A stretch of 51,223 bases of DNA from assembly GCA_900554465.1 (NCBI GenBank), contig USHF01000001.1, positions 1 through 51,223 on the forward strand. Reading direction: 5' to 3'. The stretch comes from an uncultured Collinsella sp. Lineage in GTDB: Bacteria; Actinomycetota; Coriobacteriia; Coriobacteriales; Coriobacteriaceae. Positions 36,605 to 46,916 of this stretch are shown one piece after another; the first letter of the stretch is position 1; the number at the start of each line of letters is the position of its first letter. Under the pieces are notes generated by a model. It was given only the letters and a program-made list of their open reading frames with translations. It was not told the DNA's origin and did no database searches. Made by a program: the position numbers and the translations under genes.

Positions 36605-39046
36605 GTGGCAGAGCGTCCGACATACAAGCTCAGGTTTCTCGATCCCAAGAAGCGCTTTCCGGCGATGCCCGAGCAGCCTGCGGGACGCTCATATGGTGTG
36701 GTCTGGAAACTCTTTGGCGAGGATCAGCATGAATCTTGTTATGTCGTCGAATTCGTTGGCAAAAGTCGTGTGTCGCTTTTGGGCTACGTAAGCGTTTCGG
36801 GTGAGGTGTACAAGGTGGACCGCCCCGTTAGCGAGGCTCCGCTGCCCAACGATCCCGACATGGAACTGGTCCTTGACGAGTCGGATTCCAGTATTGGTGA
36901 GATTATGGTAAGGGAAGCCAACGGTGCAATGCACGCGTGCGCACAAACTTCCGGCTCTCCCGAAGGCCCCATGCGCGAGCAGTCCGACCACGCGACATGG
37001 AATTCGGCCCGCGCCCTTCCTTACGGCGAGTTCATGGCCTCGATGTTCTTGCGCTACGTGATATTTGCCAACTCCGAAAGCGCTATTGCGAACACGGCGG
37101 GCGTCGACGGTCTCGATGCGGACATGCAAAACGTTGTCGACAAGATCAAGCTCGTAAAGTTGCCCGAGCCGGTCGAGGTGTTTTTGGGCTTTAACACGGC
37201 ACCGCTCCCCGATGCTATCGAGACGCTGCTTTACCGCGTTGACCATGCCGAGAATCCGAGCGGTATCGAGCGCTATGCCGCCGCCCTTATGAGCGAAATT
37301 GACTTGCCCCGCTTGCGCACCATCGCCGCTAAGTCCGAGATGAGCCTGGCTCGCATTGATCGCTCAAAGCTTTTCTATCTCAATTTTGATCGTAGTCTGC
37401 TGGACCAGGACGAAATTGACACGCTGCTCGCCATCGAGTGCCGTCTCAACCGCCTCTCCGGCATCCTTGAGCGCATCGGGGCCGGATTGGTTCCCGCGGC
37501 ATCCTCGCCGAGCCTTGAGGGCTGCGCGCTCTTTGATGCGTGGCATATCGCCAAGACGACCAACGATGTTCCCCGACTGCTCGATACGGCCTCAAGCGAT
37601 AACCCGTGGGGCAAACCGGGGACGGTGGCGTGTCAGCCGGGCGGTGAGTGGGACGTGCGCACCCGCTTCGCGCGTATCGTCGAGACGCTCAACGTGATTA
37701 CGCGGCTCGACTATACCTATCGGGCAAACGTTGCCGAGGGGATTATGCTCGTTCGGTTTGGGCACTCTGTCGTGGATGCCATGCCGCAACGTGAATACGA
37801 CGCTCAAGATGACGCCTGGCGCGAGCTGGAAGAGGACACGCGTGCGATCTGGGCCGCGGAGCACGATGCGCGCGTGGCGCTCACGCTTGCGGCGGCGTGC
37901 TTTGCCGCGGGCACCTGCATCACGCGCTGCTATGTGCAGATTGCTGCTCCCGACAGTGAGCAGGGCGAGCGCGTTGTCGCAACGTATTTCTTTGGGCGCG
38001 CGGCCTATCTGGCCGATTGCGTGCCTGTCGCCAAGGATCTTGAGAGCATGGACATGGACGATATGCCGTGCAAGCGTGTGCTTGAGGCGTATGAGTCAAC
38101 TGTTCCGGAGACGATTGAACCTGCGGAGGTTCATGCTCGTCCGCGTGATGACCATCGCACGCTGCCGCCGGCGCTGCGCGATCTGCTGCTTGCCGATACG
38201 GCTGACGAGTTGGAGGTCATGGAAGAGGACGATGACCCATACGTGGCCCGTGTTGTTGAATTGCGTGAGCAGGCAAAAGTCGACCGTACGGGTGCTTTTG
38301 AAGGTTTTTCCCGTCTTGTCGAGGAGTTGGAGGCTAAGTGCGCCGTCGCCGAGCTTTTGGCGACAGGTCCGGTTCAAACGCAGTTTTGTGATAACCAGCT
38401 GGTACGCATGGTGCTACCGGTGTTGGAAGAAGACCGCTCTGTGCGAATCCTTCGTGCGCCCGATGCGCTGTACTTTGCCCAGCACGAGATCTGCAGCTTT
38501 TACGCCGAGCAAGAGGACTTTGAACGAGCGCTGCCCGAGGTGCGCCATCTTTACGATCTGGCGCGCTCGTCCATGCAATCGCACTTTGCGCTCATCAACG
38601 TGCTTGCGCGCCTGGAGCGCTTTGACGAGATTATCGAGGTGGCGCGCCACGGCCTACGTATTGCCAGCGATCGTTCTGCAATCGGCTACCTGTTCTATCG
38701 CTTGGCGTTTGCCTATTGGAATTGCGATCAGCTCGAGCTCGCGTTGGCGTGCTACCGCCTCGTGCCGCGCGGCGAGGAGTCAGGTAGCAACGCGCTGGAG
38801 GAAATGCAGGGCCTTATGAACGAGATGGGTGTCAATGAGCCACCGACGTTCGAGGATGCGGTTGAAACCATCCGCAAGGCCGGGCTCGAGCTACCGCCGG
38901 TGCCCGCTGTGACCAACCAGCTGGCGGATGCTGCCGTGCAGCTGGTCGACAACGGCTTCTTTTTCCTGGCGCGTGGCTGCATCTTCCAAATGTGGCGCAC
39001 CATGGGCAACGATGAGCTCGGCTCCCTCAATCGCTCGCTGGGGTAG
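36605..39046 (+). CDS. Large hypothetical protein with C-terminal TPR-like repeats
   Basis: 813-aa ORF; helical repeats such as LINVLARLERFDEIIEVARHGL and YRLAFAYWNCDQLELALACYR. Confidence 0.75.
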   Translation: MAERPTYKLRFLDPKKRFPAMPEQPAGRSYGVVWKLFGEDQHESCYVVEFVGKSRVSLLGYVSVSGEVYKVDRPVSEAPLPNDPDMELVLDESDSSIGEIMVREANGAMHACAQTSGSPEGPMREQSDHATWNSARALPYGEFMASMFLRYVIFANSESAIANTAGVDGLDADMQNVVDKIKLVKLPEPVEVFLGFNTAPLPDAIETLLYRVDHAENPSGIERYAAALMSEIDLPRLRTIAAKSEMSLARIDRSKLFYLNFDRSLLDQDEIDTLLAIECRLNRLSGILERIGAGLVPAASSPSLEGCALFDAWHIAKTTNDVPRLLDTASSDNPWGKPGTVACQPGGEWDVRTRFARIVETLNVITRLDYTYRANVAEGIMLVRFGHSVVDAMPQREYDAQDDAWRELEEDTRAIWAAEHDARVALTLAAACFAAGTCITRCYVQIAAPDSEQGERVVATYFFGRAAYLADCVPVAKDLESMDMDDMPCKRVLEAYESTVPETIEPAEVHARPRDDHRTLPPALRDLLLADTADELEVMEEDDDPYVARVVELREQAKVDRTGAFEGFSRLVEELEAKCAVAELLATGPVQTQFCDNQLVRMVLPVLEEDRSVRILRAPDALYFAQHEICSFYAEQEDFERALPEVRHLYDLARSSMQSHFALINVLARLERFDEIIEVARHGLRIASDRSAIGYLFYRLAFAYWNCDQLELALACYRLVPRGEESGSNALEEMQGLMNEMGVNEPPTFEDAVETIRKAGLELPPVPAVTNQLADAAVQLVDNGFFFLARGCIFQMWRTMGNDELGSLNRSLG

Positions 39047-39140
39047 TAGCGAAAACTGCAAGGAGGAAAGGCCACTGGACAATTAGAAAATTCCCTCTTG
39101 CCCAACTTCGACTGTTTGGTTACTATAAAACGGCTGTTAC

Positions 39141-39231
39141 GGAGAGCTGACCGAGAGGCCGAAGGTGCTCGCCTGCTAAGCGAGTATGCCCCAAAAGGGC
39201 ATCTGGGGTTCGAATCCCCAGCTCTCCGCCA
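39141..39231 (+). tRNA. tRNA-Ser (GCT)
   Basis: GGAGAGC/GCTCTCC acceptor, CTCGC-CTGCTAA-GCGAG anticodon arm, long variable arm, CCA; promoter TTGCCC-N17-TACTAT at 39098-39126. Confidence 0.96.
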
Positions 39232-39244
39232 GTACGAACTTGAA

Positions 39245-39271
39245 GAAGGGTCCCATTTGGGGCCCTTTTTT
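39245..39271 (+). terminator. Terminator after tRNA-Ser
   Basis: AAGGGTCCCA-T-TTGGGGCCCTT hairpin plus T-tract. Confidence 0.7.
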
Positions 39272-39307
39272 ATTATCAAGAAAGGCGGCTGGGGATTCGA
39301 ACCCTCA

Positions 39308-39339
39308 AAAAATGAGGCGCCCCGTTGGACGCCTCATTT
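39308..39339 (-). terminator. Terminator of the DD-carboxypeptidase gene
   Basis: AAATGAGGCG-loop-CGCCTCATTT; the A-run gives a U-tract on the minus strand. Confidence 0.65.
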
Positions 39340-39364
39340 GGTTCGATGTGATATCGCTTTGGCC

Positions 39365-40705
39365 CTACACCTCAGGAGCCTTGGCTACGGTCTCGCTCTC
39401 GGCTGTGAGCGGTCGGTTGTCGATGCGGCGGCCCAGGCGGTCGAGCTTCACGAGCAGCCACTCGATGGGATTGGGCCCCGTTCCTTCCTCGTCGGCAACC
39501 AGGTCCATAACGGCGATCTTGGTGCCGTCCTGCTTAAGCGTAACGCTGCCCACCTTGTCGCCAACATGCACCGTGCCCGAAAGGTCATCGTAGCTAACCT
39601 TTTCGGTCACTTCGCCGGCGAGTGAGAACACCGTTGCCTGTGCGGCGGGGTCGGCGAGCGTGGCGTCGATCGTCTTGTCCGTCCAATCTGTCTGGCTAAT
39701 GCGCGCCATGAGCGGGTTGCCGTTGGCGGTCTTCTCCTGCGTGTTGGCGATCGCGACCGTGACCTTGTGGCCGTAGTACCAGTTGGCAAGGGTGGCGGTA
39801 TCGGTAAAGCGCTGGTCGGTGGTGGTGGAGTTCAAAATAACAGTGTAGATCTCGTCGCCGTCGCGGTTGTAGGCGCTCGTAAAGCAATAGCCCGCGTCGT
39901 CGGTGGTGCCGGTCTTGCCACCAATGTTTCCGTCCTGACCGAGCAAAACGTTGTGCGTGTCCATGGAATGCGAATGGTCTGAGCCATCGGCGCCCGTGAC
40001 CTCAATCCAAGAATCCTCGCTCGCGACGACTTCACGAATCGTATCGTCTTTCATGGCTTCCTGCATCATCAGTGCCACGTCATGTGCGGTTGAGTGCATG
40101 TCGCCGGCCCACTCATCAAAGTCCAGACCGTGTGGGTTCTCAAAGACCGTGCCGGTGCAGCCGAGCTTTTTGGCGCGCTCGTTCATGGCCTTCACAAAGG
40201 TTGCCTCGGCGTCTTTGGTCTTGGGGTCGATCTTTTTGCCCACGTACTCGGCAAGCACGATGGCGGCGTCGTTGCCCGAGGGGATCATTAGGCCGCGTAG
40301 TGCCTGCTCCACGGTGAGCTCGTCGCCTTCGAGTAGGCCGGCAGTCGAGTTGCCTACGGTGGCGGCAGCGTTGCTCACCGTGACCTTCTCGTCCATCTTG
40401 CAGTTTTCGACGGTCAGGATTGCGGTCATGACCTTGGTGATCGAGGCAATCTTGACCTGCTCATCGGCGCCGCGTCCATAGTAGACGGTGCCGTCCTTGC
40501 CCATGACGAGGGCATTGGTTGCCTCGATATCGCGCAGGTTTTCTGTCGTGATGCCGCGGACGTCGGCGGTCTTGCCGCAGACGTCGTCGGTCGTGAGCAC
40601 TTGGGCACCGGCAACAGCAGGTACGCCGGCAACAAGGGCGATGGCGCAGGCAAAGCCGGCGGCAAGCTGGGCGGGGCGTTTTGCAAAAGAGGTGAGGGAC
40701 TTCAC
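39365..40705 (-). CDS. D-alanyl-D-alanine carboxypeptidase (peptidase S11, LMW PBP)
   Basis: Signal peptide, SxxK (ASITK), SGN and KTG motifs; GTG start inferred. Confidence 0.93.
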   Translation of the reverse strand: MKSLTSFAKRPAQLAAGFACAIALVAGVPAVAGAQVLTTDDVCGKTADVRGITTENLRDIEATNALVMGKDGTVYYGRGADEQVKIASITKVMTAILTVENCKMDEKVTVSNAAATVGNSTAGLLEGDELTVEQALRGLMIPSGNDAAIVLAEYVGKKIDPKTKDAEATFVKAMNERAKKLGCTGTVFENPHGLDFDEWAGDMHSTAHDVALMMQEAMKDDTIREVVASEDSWIEVTGADGSDHSHSMDTHNVLLGQDGNIGGKTGTTDDAGYCFTSAYNRDGDEIYTVILNSTTTDQRFTDTATLANWYYGHKVTVAIANTQEKTANGNPLMARISQTDWTDKTIDATLADPAAQATVFSLAGEVTEKVSYDDLSGTVHVGDKVGSVTLKQDGTKIAVMDLVADEEGTGPNPIEWLLVKLDRLGRRIDNRPLTAESETVAKAPEV

Positions 40706-40902
40706 AGATTTCGCTTTCGACGGGATGGTCTCTTCTGGCACTAGAGTATATCGTTTGCCGGCGACGACGATCGTTGCGTGCGCGCATGGCCCGCATTCGT
40801 GCTCGAATGGGCGCAAGGGTGCTTAAGGTCGACTTAATCGCCCACGCTTGTTGTGTGTGGCGGGCGCCGCCTCGGGCATAATGGAGCGCGAGAGGAGCAC
40901 GC

Positions 40903-41598
40903 ATGAACGAGCGCATACTGGTAGTTGATGACGAGAAGGCCATCGCCGACCTGGTTGGTATCTACCTTACAAAAGAGGGCTTTGACGTCCAGATCGCCTA
41001 CAGCGGGGCCGATGCGGCCAAGGCGATTCTGGAGCAGGAGTTTGATCTGGCGCTGCTGGATGTCATGCTGCCTGATATCGACGGCTTTGAGCTGTTGCGT
41101 ACGATCCGTTCCAGCCATACCTATCCCGTAATTATGTTGACGGCACGCGATGCCCAGCAGGATAAGATCGAAGGCCTTTCGCTTGGCGCGGACGATTACG
41201 TGGTCAAGCCGTTCCGCCCGCTGGAGCTCATCGCGCGCGTTCATGCTCAGTTGCGTCGCTACACCAGCTACGGTAGCCGCGCGCAGGCGACCGAGTTGCC
41301 GACCCTCCAGCTCGACGGCCTCGAGATCAACCGTGACGCTCGCTCCGTGACGGTGGACGGTGCGCCGGTGCGCCTCACGCCCATCGAGTATTCCATCTTG
41401 CTGTATCTGGCCGAGCATCGCGGCAGCGTAGTGCCCGTGGAGGACCTGTTCCGCGCGGTGTGGAACGAGGACTTTATGCCCGGCTCCAACAATACGGTTA
41501 TGGTGCACATTCGCCATCTGCGCGAAAAGATCGGCGACGATGCCCAGAAGCCGCGCTTTATCAAAAACGTCTGGGGCGTCGGCTACATAATCGAATAA
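40903..41598 (+). CDS. OmpR-family response regulator, VanR-like
   Basis: ILVVDDE, LDVMLP, GADDYVVKPF.PLEL.ARV, NNTVMVHIRHLREK, VWGVGY. Confidence 0.92.
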   Translation: MNERILVVDDEKAIADLVGIYLTKEGFDVQIAYSGADAAKAILEQEFDLALLDVMLPDIDGFELLRTIRSSHTYPVIMLTARDAQQDKIEGLSLGADDYVVKPFRPLELIARVHAQLRRYTSYGSRAQATELPTLQLDGLEINRDARSVTVDGAPVRLTPIEYSILLYLAEHRGSVVPVEDLFRAVWNEDFMPGSNNTVMVHIRHLREKIGDDAQKPRFIKNVWGVGYIIE

Positions 41599-41623
41599 CG
41601 CCTTTGATGGTGGGGGAGTAGAT

Positions 41624-42862
41624 ATGACAAAAGACGATAGGCGGGCATTCGAGGTACCCGATCGACTCTTTGAATACGTAAGGGCGGTCGTTGACAACCG
41701 TGCGTTAGCGACGGTGCTGCTCTTTTTGCTGAGTCTGCTGCTCATCGGCATTGACAATATCGTTGGCATCTTGGCAGTTCTATTCATTGGCTTTTTGCTG
41801 ATTGATCGATTCGAAATCGTTCGCCGCTGTGTGGTGATCGGCGGCGCCGCGTGGACAATTACGTTGGCGATCGGGTCCATGGCGCTTGGCGGTATTGGCG
41901 AGCCCGTATTCTTTGACGCCGGCTTTGTGTTCAACATGCTTGGATTTGTGCTGGTGCTTGCCGTGTGCGTCCTGTTCTTCTGCGGACGCGCCCTGTACTA
42001 CCAGGGTTACGAGCAGGGCGAGCTGCACGCCGACCGCGTGATTGCCGCCCGCATTCAGGACCGTCTGATCGATAACCCCGACACATGGGACAACATTGAC
42101 GGCGACTTCCTCGAGGTCGAGGGCGCGCTCAACCGGGCGCGCGATTGCGAGCGTAGGGTTCAACAAGCCCTGCGTGACGAATCCCACCGCAAAGATGACC
42201 TGGTGACGTACCTGGCGCACGACCTGCGCACGCCGCTCGCCAGCGTGGTGGGCTACCTTTCGCTCTTGCAGGAGGCCCCCGATTTGCCGCTTGAGCAGCG
42301 CACACGTTTTACGGGCGTGGCACTCGACAAGGCCCACCGGCTCGATGCGCTCATCGAGGAGTTCTTCGACATCACGCGCTTTGATTTCCACGATATCGTG
42401 CTCACCCGCAGCTACGTCGATTTGGGGCTCTTACTGGCACAGGTGGCCGACGAGTTCTATCCCATTCTCAACGAACAGCATAAAGAAGCCCAGGTTGATA
42501 TCTGCGAGGATCTGACGGTGCTCGTGGACGGCGACAAGATGGCTCGCGTATTCAACAACATCATGAAAAACGCCGTTGCCTATAGCTATGAAGGCTCGAT
42601 GATCACGATTGAGGCCAGACGTTTGGGTAACGGCGGCGTGCGCGTACGATTTATAAACCAGGGCGATCCGATCCCTGAGCCAAAGCTCAAGGTGATCTTT
42701 GAGAAGTTCTATCGCCTGGATGCGGCGCGTGCGACCAATCGCGGTGGTGCCGGTTTGGGCCTTGCTATTGCCAAGGAGATCATCGCGGCACACGGCGGTA
42801 CCGTTGCATGTGAATCGACGCCCGAACACACGATATTCACCATCGAGCTGCCCGCCGCATAG
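41624..42862 (+). CDS. Sensor histidine kinase, VanS-like
   Basis: Multi-TM N-terminus; RKDDLVTYLAHDLRTPL.SV.GYLSLL.EAPD, FEKFYRLD.AR, GAGLGLAIAKEI. Confidence 0.92.
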   Translation: MTKDDRRAFEVPDRLFEYVRAVVDNRALATVLLFLLSLLLIGIDNIVGILAVLFIGFLLIDRFEIVRRCVVIGGAAWTITLAIGSMALGGIGEPVFFDAGFVFNMLGFVLVLAVCVLFFCGRALYYQGYEQGELHADRVIAARIQDRLIDNPDTWDNIDGDFLEVEGALNRARDCERRVQQALRDESHRKDDLVTYLAHDLRTPLASVVGYLSLLQEAPDLPLEQRTRFTGVALDKAHRLDALIEEFFDITRFDFHDIVLTRSYVDLGLLLAQVADEFYPILNEQHKEAQVDICEDLTVLVDGDKMARVFNNIMKNAVAYSYEGSMITIEARRLGNGGVRVRFINQGDPIPEPKLKVIFEKFYRLDAARATNRGGAGLGLAIAKEIIAAHGGTVACESTPEHTIFTIELPAA

Positions 42863-42872
42863 CTAGCGTGCC

Positions 42873-42900
42873 CTTACAAACACTTGACAATGTGCTCACG
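42873..42900 (+). promoter_or_regulatory. Putative Pho box (11-bp-spaced direct repeats)
   Basis: CTTACA / TTGACA / CTCACG at 42873, 42884 and 42895, upstream of pstB-phoP-phoR. Confidence 0.45.
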
Positions 42901-42965
42901 TGCGTATGAGCCGCGATTCCTACTATCGATACTGCTGAATTGATATCGATATGGAGGTGTGCGGT

Positions 42966-43841
<876 letters not shown>

Positions 43842-43905
43842 CGCTGTCTTTTACAGGTGCTTTTAGGGTTAAGATGCGGTCATATCGGCCGCAAAGGGGT
43901 TCAAC

Positions 43906-44634
43906 ATGATCTATTACGTCGAGGACGATGACAACATCAGGGATTTGACGGTCTACGCGCTGCGCAAGCAGGGAATCGAGGCCGAGGGCTTTTCGTGCGA
44001 TGGCGAGTTTAAAGCTGCCGTGGCGCGACGGGTGCCCGATGCTGTGCTGCTCGATATCATGCTGCCCGACACCGATGGCTTGGCGATTATGCGCCGCCTG
44101 CGTGCCGATCGCCTGACGGCGACGGTGCCCATCATGATGCTTACCGCCAAGGACACCGAGCTCGACAAGGTGATGGCGCTCGATGGCGGTGCCGACGATT
44201 ACCTGACTAAGCCGTTTTCGCTCATGGAGCTTGCGAGCCGCTGCCGCGCACTGCTGCGTCGCGGCGGCATGGTCAAGCAGGCGAGCGATGTGCTCAGCGT
44301 GGGGGACATCGTGCTCTCGCCCGGCCATCGCGAGGTGACCGTTGCCGGCGAGCCGCTTAAGCTCACCCTGCGCGAGTTCGACCTGCTCGAGTACCTCATG
44401 CGCAAGCCCGGCGTGGTCTTTACCCGCGAGTCGTTGCTGCAGAGCGTGTGGGGCTGGGACTTCGACGGCGGTTCGCGCACCGTTGACGTGCACGTGCAGA
44501 CGCTTCGCCAAAAACTGGGCGAGCATGCCAGCGCCATCGAGACCGTGCGCGGCGTGGGTTATCGCCTGGCCGAGCCTTCTGCCGGTGATGGTGCCGAAGG
44601 TGACGACACCGCGTCCACCGCATCGGGGGAGTAA
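43906..44634 (+). CDS. PhoP/PhoB-like response regulator
   Basis: Receiver domain plus winged helix (SRTVDVHVQTLRQKLG, ETVRGVGYR); follows pstB. Confidence 0.9.
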   Translation: MIYYVEDDDNIRDLTVYALRKQGIEAEGFSCDGEFKAAVARRVPDAVLLDIMLPDTDGLAIMRRLRADRLTATVPIMMLTAKDTELDKVMALDGGADDYLTKPFSLMELASRCRALLRRGGMVKQASDVLSVGDIVLSPGHREVTVAGEPLKLTLREFDLLEYLMRKPGVVFTRESLLQSVWGWDFDGGSRTVDVHVQTLRQKLGEHASAIETVRGVGYRLAEPSAGDGAEGDDTASTASGE

Positions 44635-44637
44635 CCC

Positions 44638-46062
44638 GTGGTCTTCGCCCCCCAGGGAAAACATACGCTGTCGCACCGCGTTTTTGTGACGATCTTTGTC
44701 TGCGCCATGGCGGTTATCGTGGCGTTTACGGTGCTGGGTGCGTTCTTTGTGCAAAACACTTTGGCGGATGCCACGAGTGCCAATCTGGCGCAGGAAACTG
44801 AGCTCATTGCTGCCGCCCTCGACGAGCAGCAGGAGCCCATTCCGTTCTTGCGAAGCCTCGATCGCGAGGATCTTCGTATCACGCTGATCAATAAGGACGG
44901 ATCTGTTGCCTACGACAACGAGGCGTCGCCTTCCACACTGCCCAACCATGGCGATCGCCCCGAGGTCATCGAGGCCTTTGAGAGTGGTTCGGGTTCCGCG
45001 GAGCGCGCAAGCTCTACACTCGACGAGATTATGCTGTATCGCGCCGTCACCCTTGATAACGGCCAGGTCGTTCGCTTGGCGCAGGCCCAGCCTGGCGTTG
45101 CGGCGATTTTGCTGTCGATGCTGGCGCCGATGCTGCTTATCGCAGCAGCGGGTGCAGTACTCTCGTTTTTTATGGCGCGCCGTGAGTCCCGTGCCATCAT
45201 CGCGCCGTTACAAGAGGTGGATTTGGACCACCCGCGCCGTAGCTATGAGCACGCCTATGCCGAGATGGTCCCCATGCTTGAGCGTATCGAGTCGCAGCGC
45301 CAGGACCTCAAGCGCCAAATGGCGGTGCTAGCGGACAACGACCGTATGCGCCGCGAGTTCACGGCGAATATCACTCATGAGCTCAAGACGCCGCTTACGG
45401 CGATTTCGGGCTATGCCGAGCTCATCGCAAACGGCATGGTTGAGGGCGAGGATGACCTGCGCAACTTTGGCGGTCGCATCTATCGTGAGGCGGGCCGCTT
45501 GGCAGCGCTTGTCAACGATATCCTTACGCTGTCTAACTTGGACGAGGCCGAGCGTGCAACTGAGGGCGAGGCGGTGCCCATTGGGTCCACGGAGCCTATT
45601 GAGCTCTCGCGTGCCATCTACACGGTTGAGCAGCGTCTTGAACAGGTCGCCCGTCAGGCGAATGTGACGATAAGTCATGAGACCAAGCCTGTGGTCATCG
45701 AAGGCGTGTCGCGCTTGATTGACGAGCTCATCTACAATCTGGCAAGCAACGCCATCCGCTACAATCGACCCGGCGGTACGGTTACGCTGCAGTGCGGCAC
45801 CAACGACGAAGGCCATCCGTTCCTCGCGGTCGCCGACACGGGAATCGGTATCGCGCCTGAAGAACAGGGCAAGGTATTTGAGCGGTTCTATCGCGTGGAT
45901 AAGAGTAGATCCAAGGCACGCGGCGGAACCGGCCTGGGGCTTGCCATTGTCAAGCATGCGGCCCTGTATCATCACGCCACGCTCGATCTATCGAGCGAGT
46001 TGGGCGTGGGAACCACCATTACGGTGGCGTTTCCCATACAGCAGGACGAGCCATTCGCATAG
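44638..46062 (+). CDS. PhoR-like sensor histidine kinase
   Basis: Two TMs, NH.DRPEV, RREFTANITHELKTPL, FERFYRVDKSRSK..GGTGLGLAIVKH. Confidence 0.92.
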   Translation: MVFAPQGKHTLSHRVFVTIFVCAMAVIVAFTVLGAFFVQNTLADATSANLAQETELIAAALDEQQEPIPFLRSLDREDLRITLINKDGSVAYDNEASPSTLPNHGDRPEVIEAFESGSGSAERASSTLDEIMLYRAVTLDNGQVVRLAQAQPGVAAILLSMLAPMLLIAAAGAVLSFFMARRESRAIIAPLQEVDLDHPRRSYEHAYAEMVPMLERIESQRQDLKRQMAVLADNDRMRREFTANITHELKTPLTAISGYAELIANGMVEGEDDLRNFGGRIYREAGRLAALVNDILTLSNLDEAERATEGEAVPIGSTEPIELSRAIYTVEQRLEQVARQANVTISHETKPVVIEGVSRLIDELIYNLASNAIRYNRPGGTVTLQCGTNDEGHPFLAVADTGIGIAPEEQGKVFERFYRVDKSRSKARGGTGLGLAIVKHAALYHHATLDLSSELGVGTTITVAFPIQQDEPFA

Positions 46063-46084
46063 CGACACAACATAGATATTGATG

Positions 46085-46120
46085 CAGACGCCGCATTTGA
46101 CTTTCGGGTGCGGCGTTGTT
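46085..46120 (+). terminator. Hairpin after the phoR-like gene
   Basis: ACGCCGCATTTGA-loop-TCGGGTGCGGCGT followed by TGTT. Confidence 0.55.
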
Positions 46121-46257
46121 GTGCAATTTTACGATTGCTTCCGTCATTTTTACAGGAGAGCCTGTTTCTTATGTATAGAGTTTGGTCTCGGTAAAAAGAT
46201 GCGATAACATACGGACAGTTTTGTCAATCCGAACTGGGGAAATGAAAGGCAAGCTGC

Positions 46258-46914
46258 ATGACCCTTCTCGAACTGTTCCAGCTGCTCAAAAAGCACCTCA
46301 AGCTGGTCATCACCCTTCCGGTGGTCTGCGCGATCGCCATGGGCATCGTGTCCTTCGTTGCGATGGACAACACCTATACCGCGACGACGAGCATGTACAT
46401 TCTCGCCAAGACCGACGATAGCGGTCAGATGAGCTACAACGATCTCTCGGCGAGCCAGATGCTTTCCAACGATATCGCCACGCTGCTGGATAGCGATAGC
46501 GTTAAGAGCGGCGCCGCCAATGAACTGGGCCTCACCGATCTGGATGACTACAAAGTGTCTGTTTCCTCCGAGACCACCACGCGTGTCATTACGCTTTCGG
46601 TTACCGGCACCGATGCCAAGGAGACGGCTAAGGTCGCAAAGGCCATAGCTAGCTCGGTGAGTACGGTCGCTCAGAACGTCGGCGCTGCCCAGAGCATCAA
46701 CGTTATCGACGAGGCTAAGACCCCCGAAGCCCCCAGCGGTCCCAAGCGTATGCTGTACGTTGCTGTCGCGTTCCTCGCGGGCATCTTTATCGCAGTTGCC
46801 TATGTCGTTTTGGCAGACATGCTCAATACCCGCATCCGCGGTGCCGAAGAGGCAGAAGAGCTCCTGGGCATTCCCGTTGTTGGCCGAATTCCGGCTATGA
46901 AAGGTGGTAAATAG
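46258..46914 (+). CDS. Polysaccharide co-polymerase / tyrosine kinase modulator (CpsC/Wzz family)
   Basis: Two TMs, YTATTSMY, A..P..PSGP, LLGIPVVGRIP. Confidence 0.9.
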   Translation: MTLLELFQLLKKHLKLVITLPVVCAIAMGIVSFVAMDNTYTATTSMYILAKTDDSGQMSYNDLSASQMLSNDIATLLDSDSVKSGAANELGLTDLDDYKVSVSSETTTRVITLSVTGTDAKETAKVAKAIASSVSTVAQNVGAAQSINVIDEAKTPEAPSGPKRMLYVAVAFLAGIFIAVAYVVLADMLNTRIRGAEEAEELLGIPVVGRIPAMKGGK

Positions 46915-46916
46915 GC

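Noticed and set aside
40903..42862. Vancomycin resistance operon
   Set aside because: No D-Ala-D-Lac/D-Ser ligase, dehydrogenase, racemase or dipeptidase nearby.
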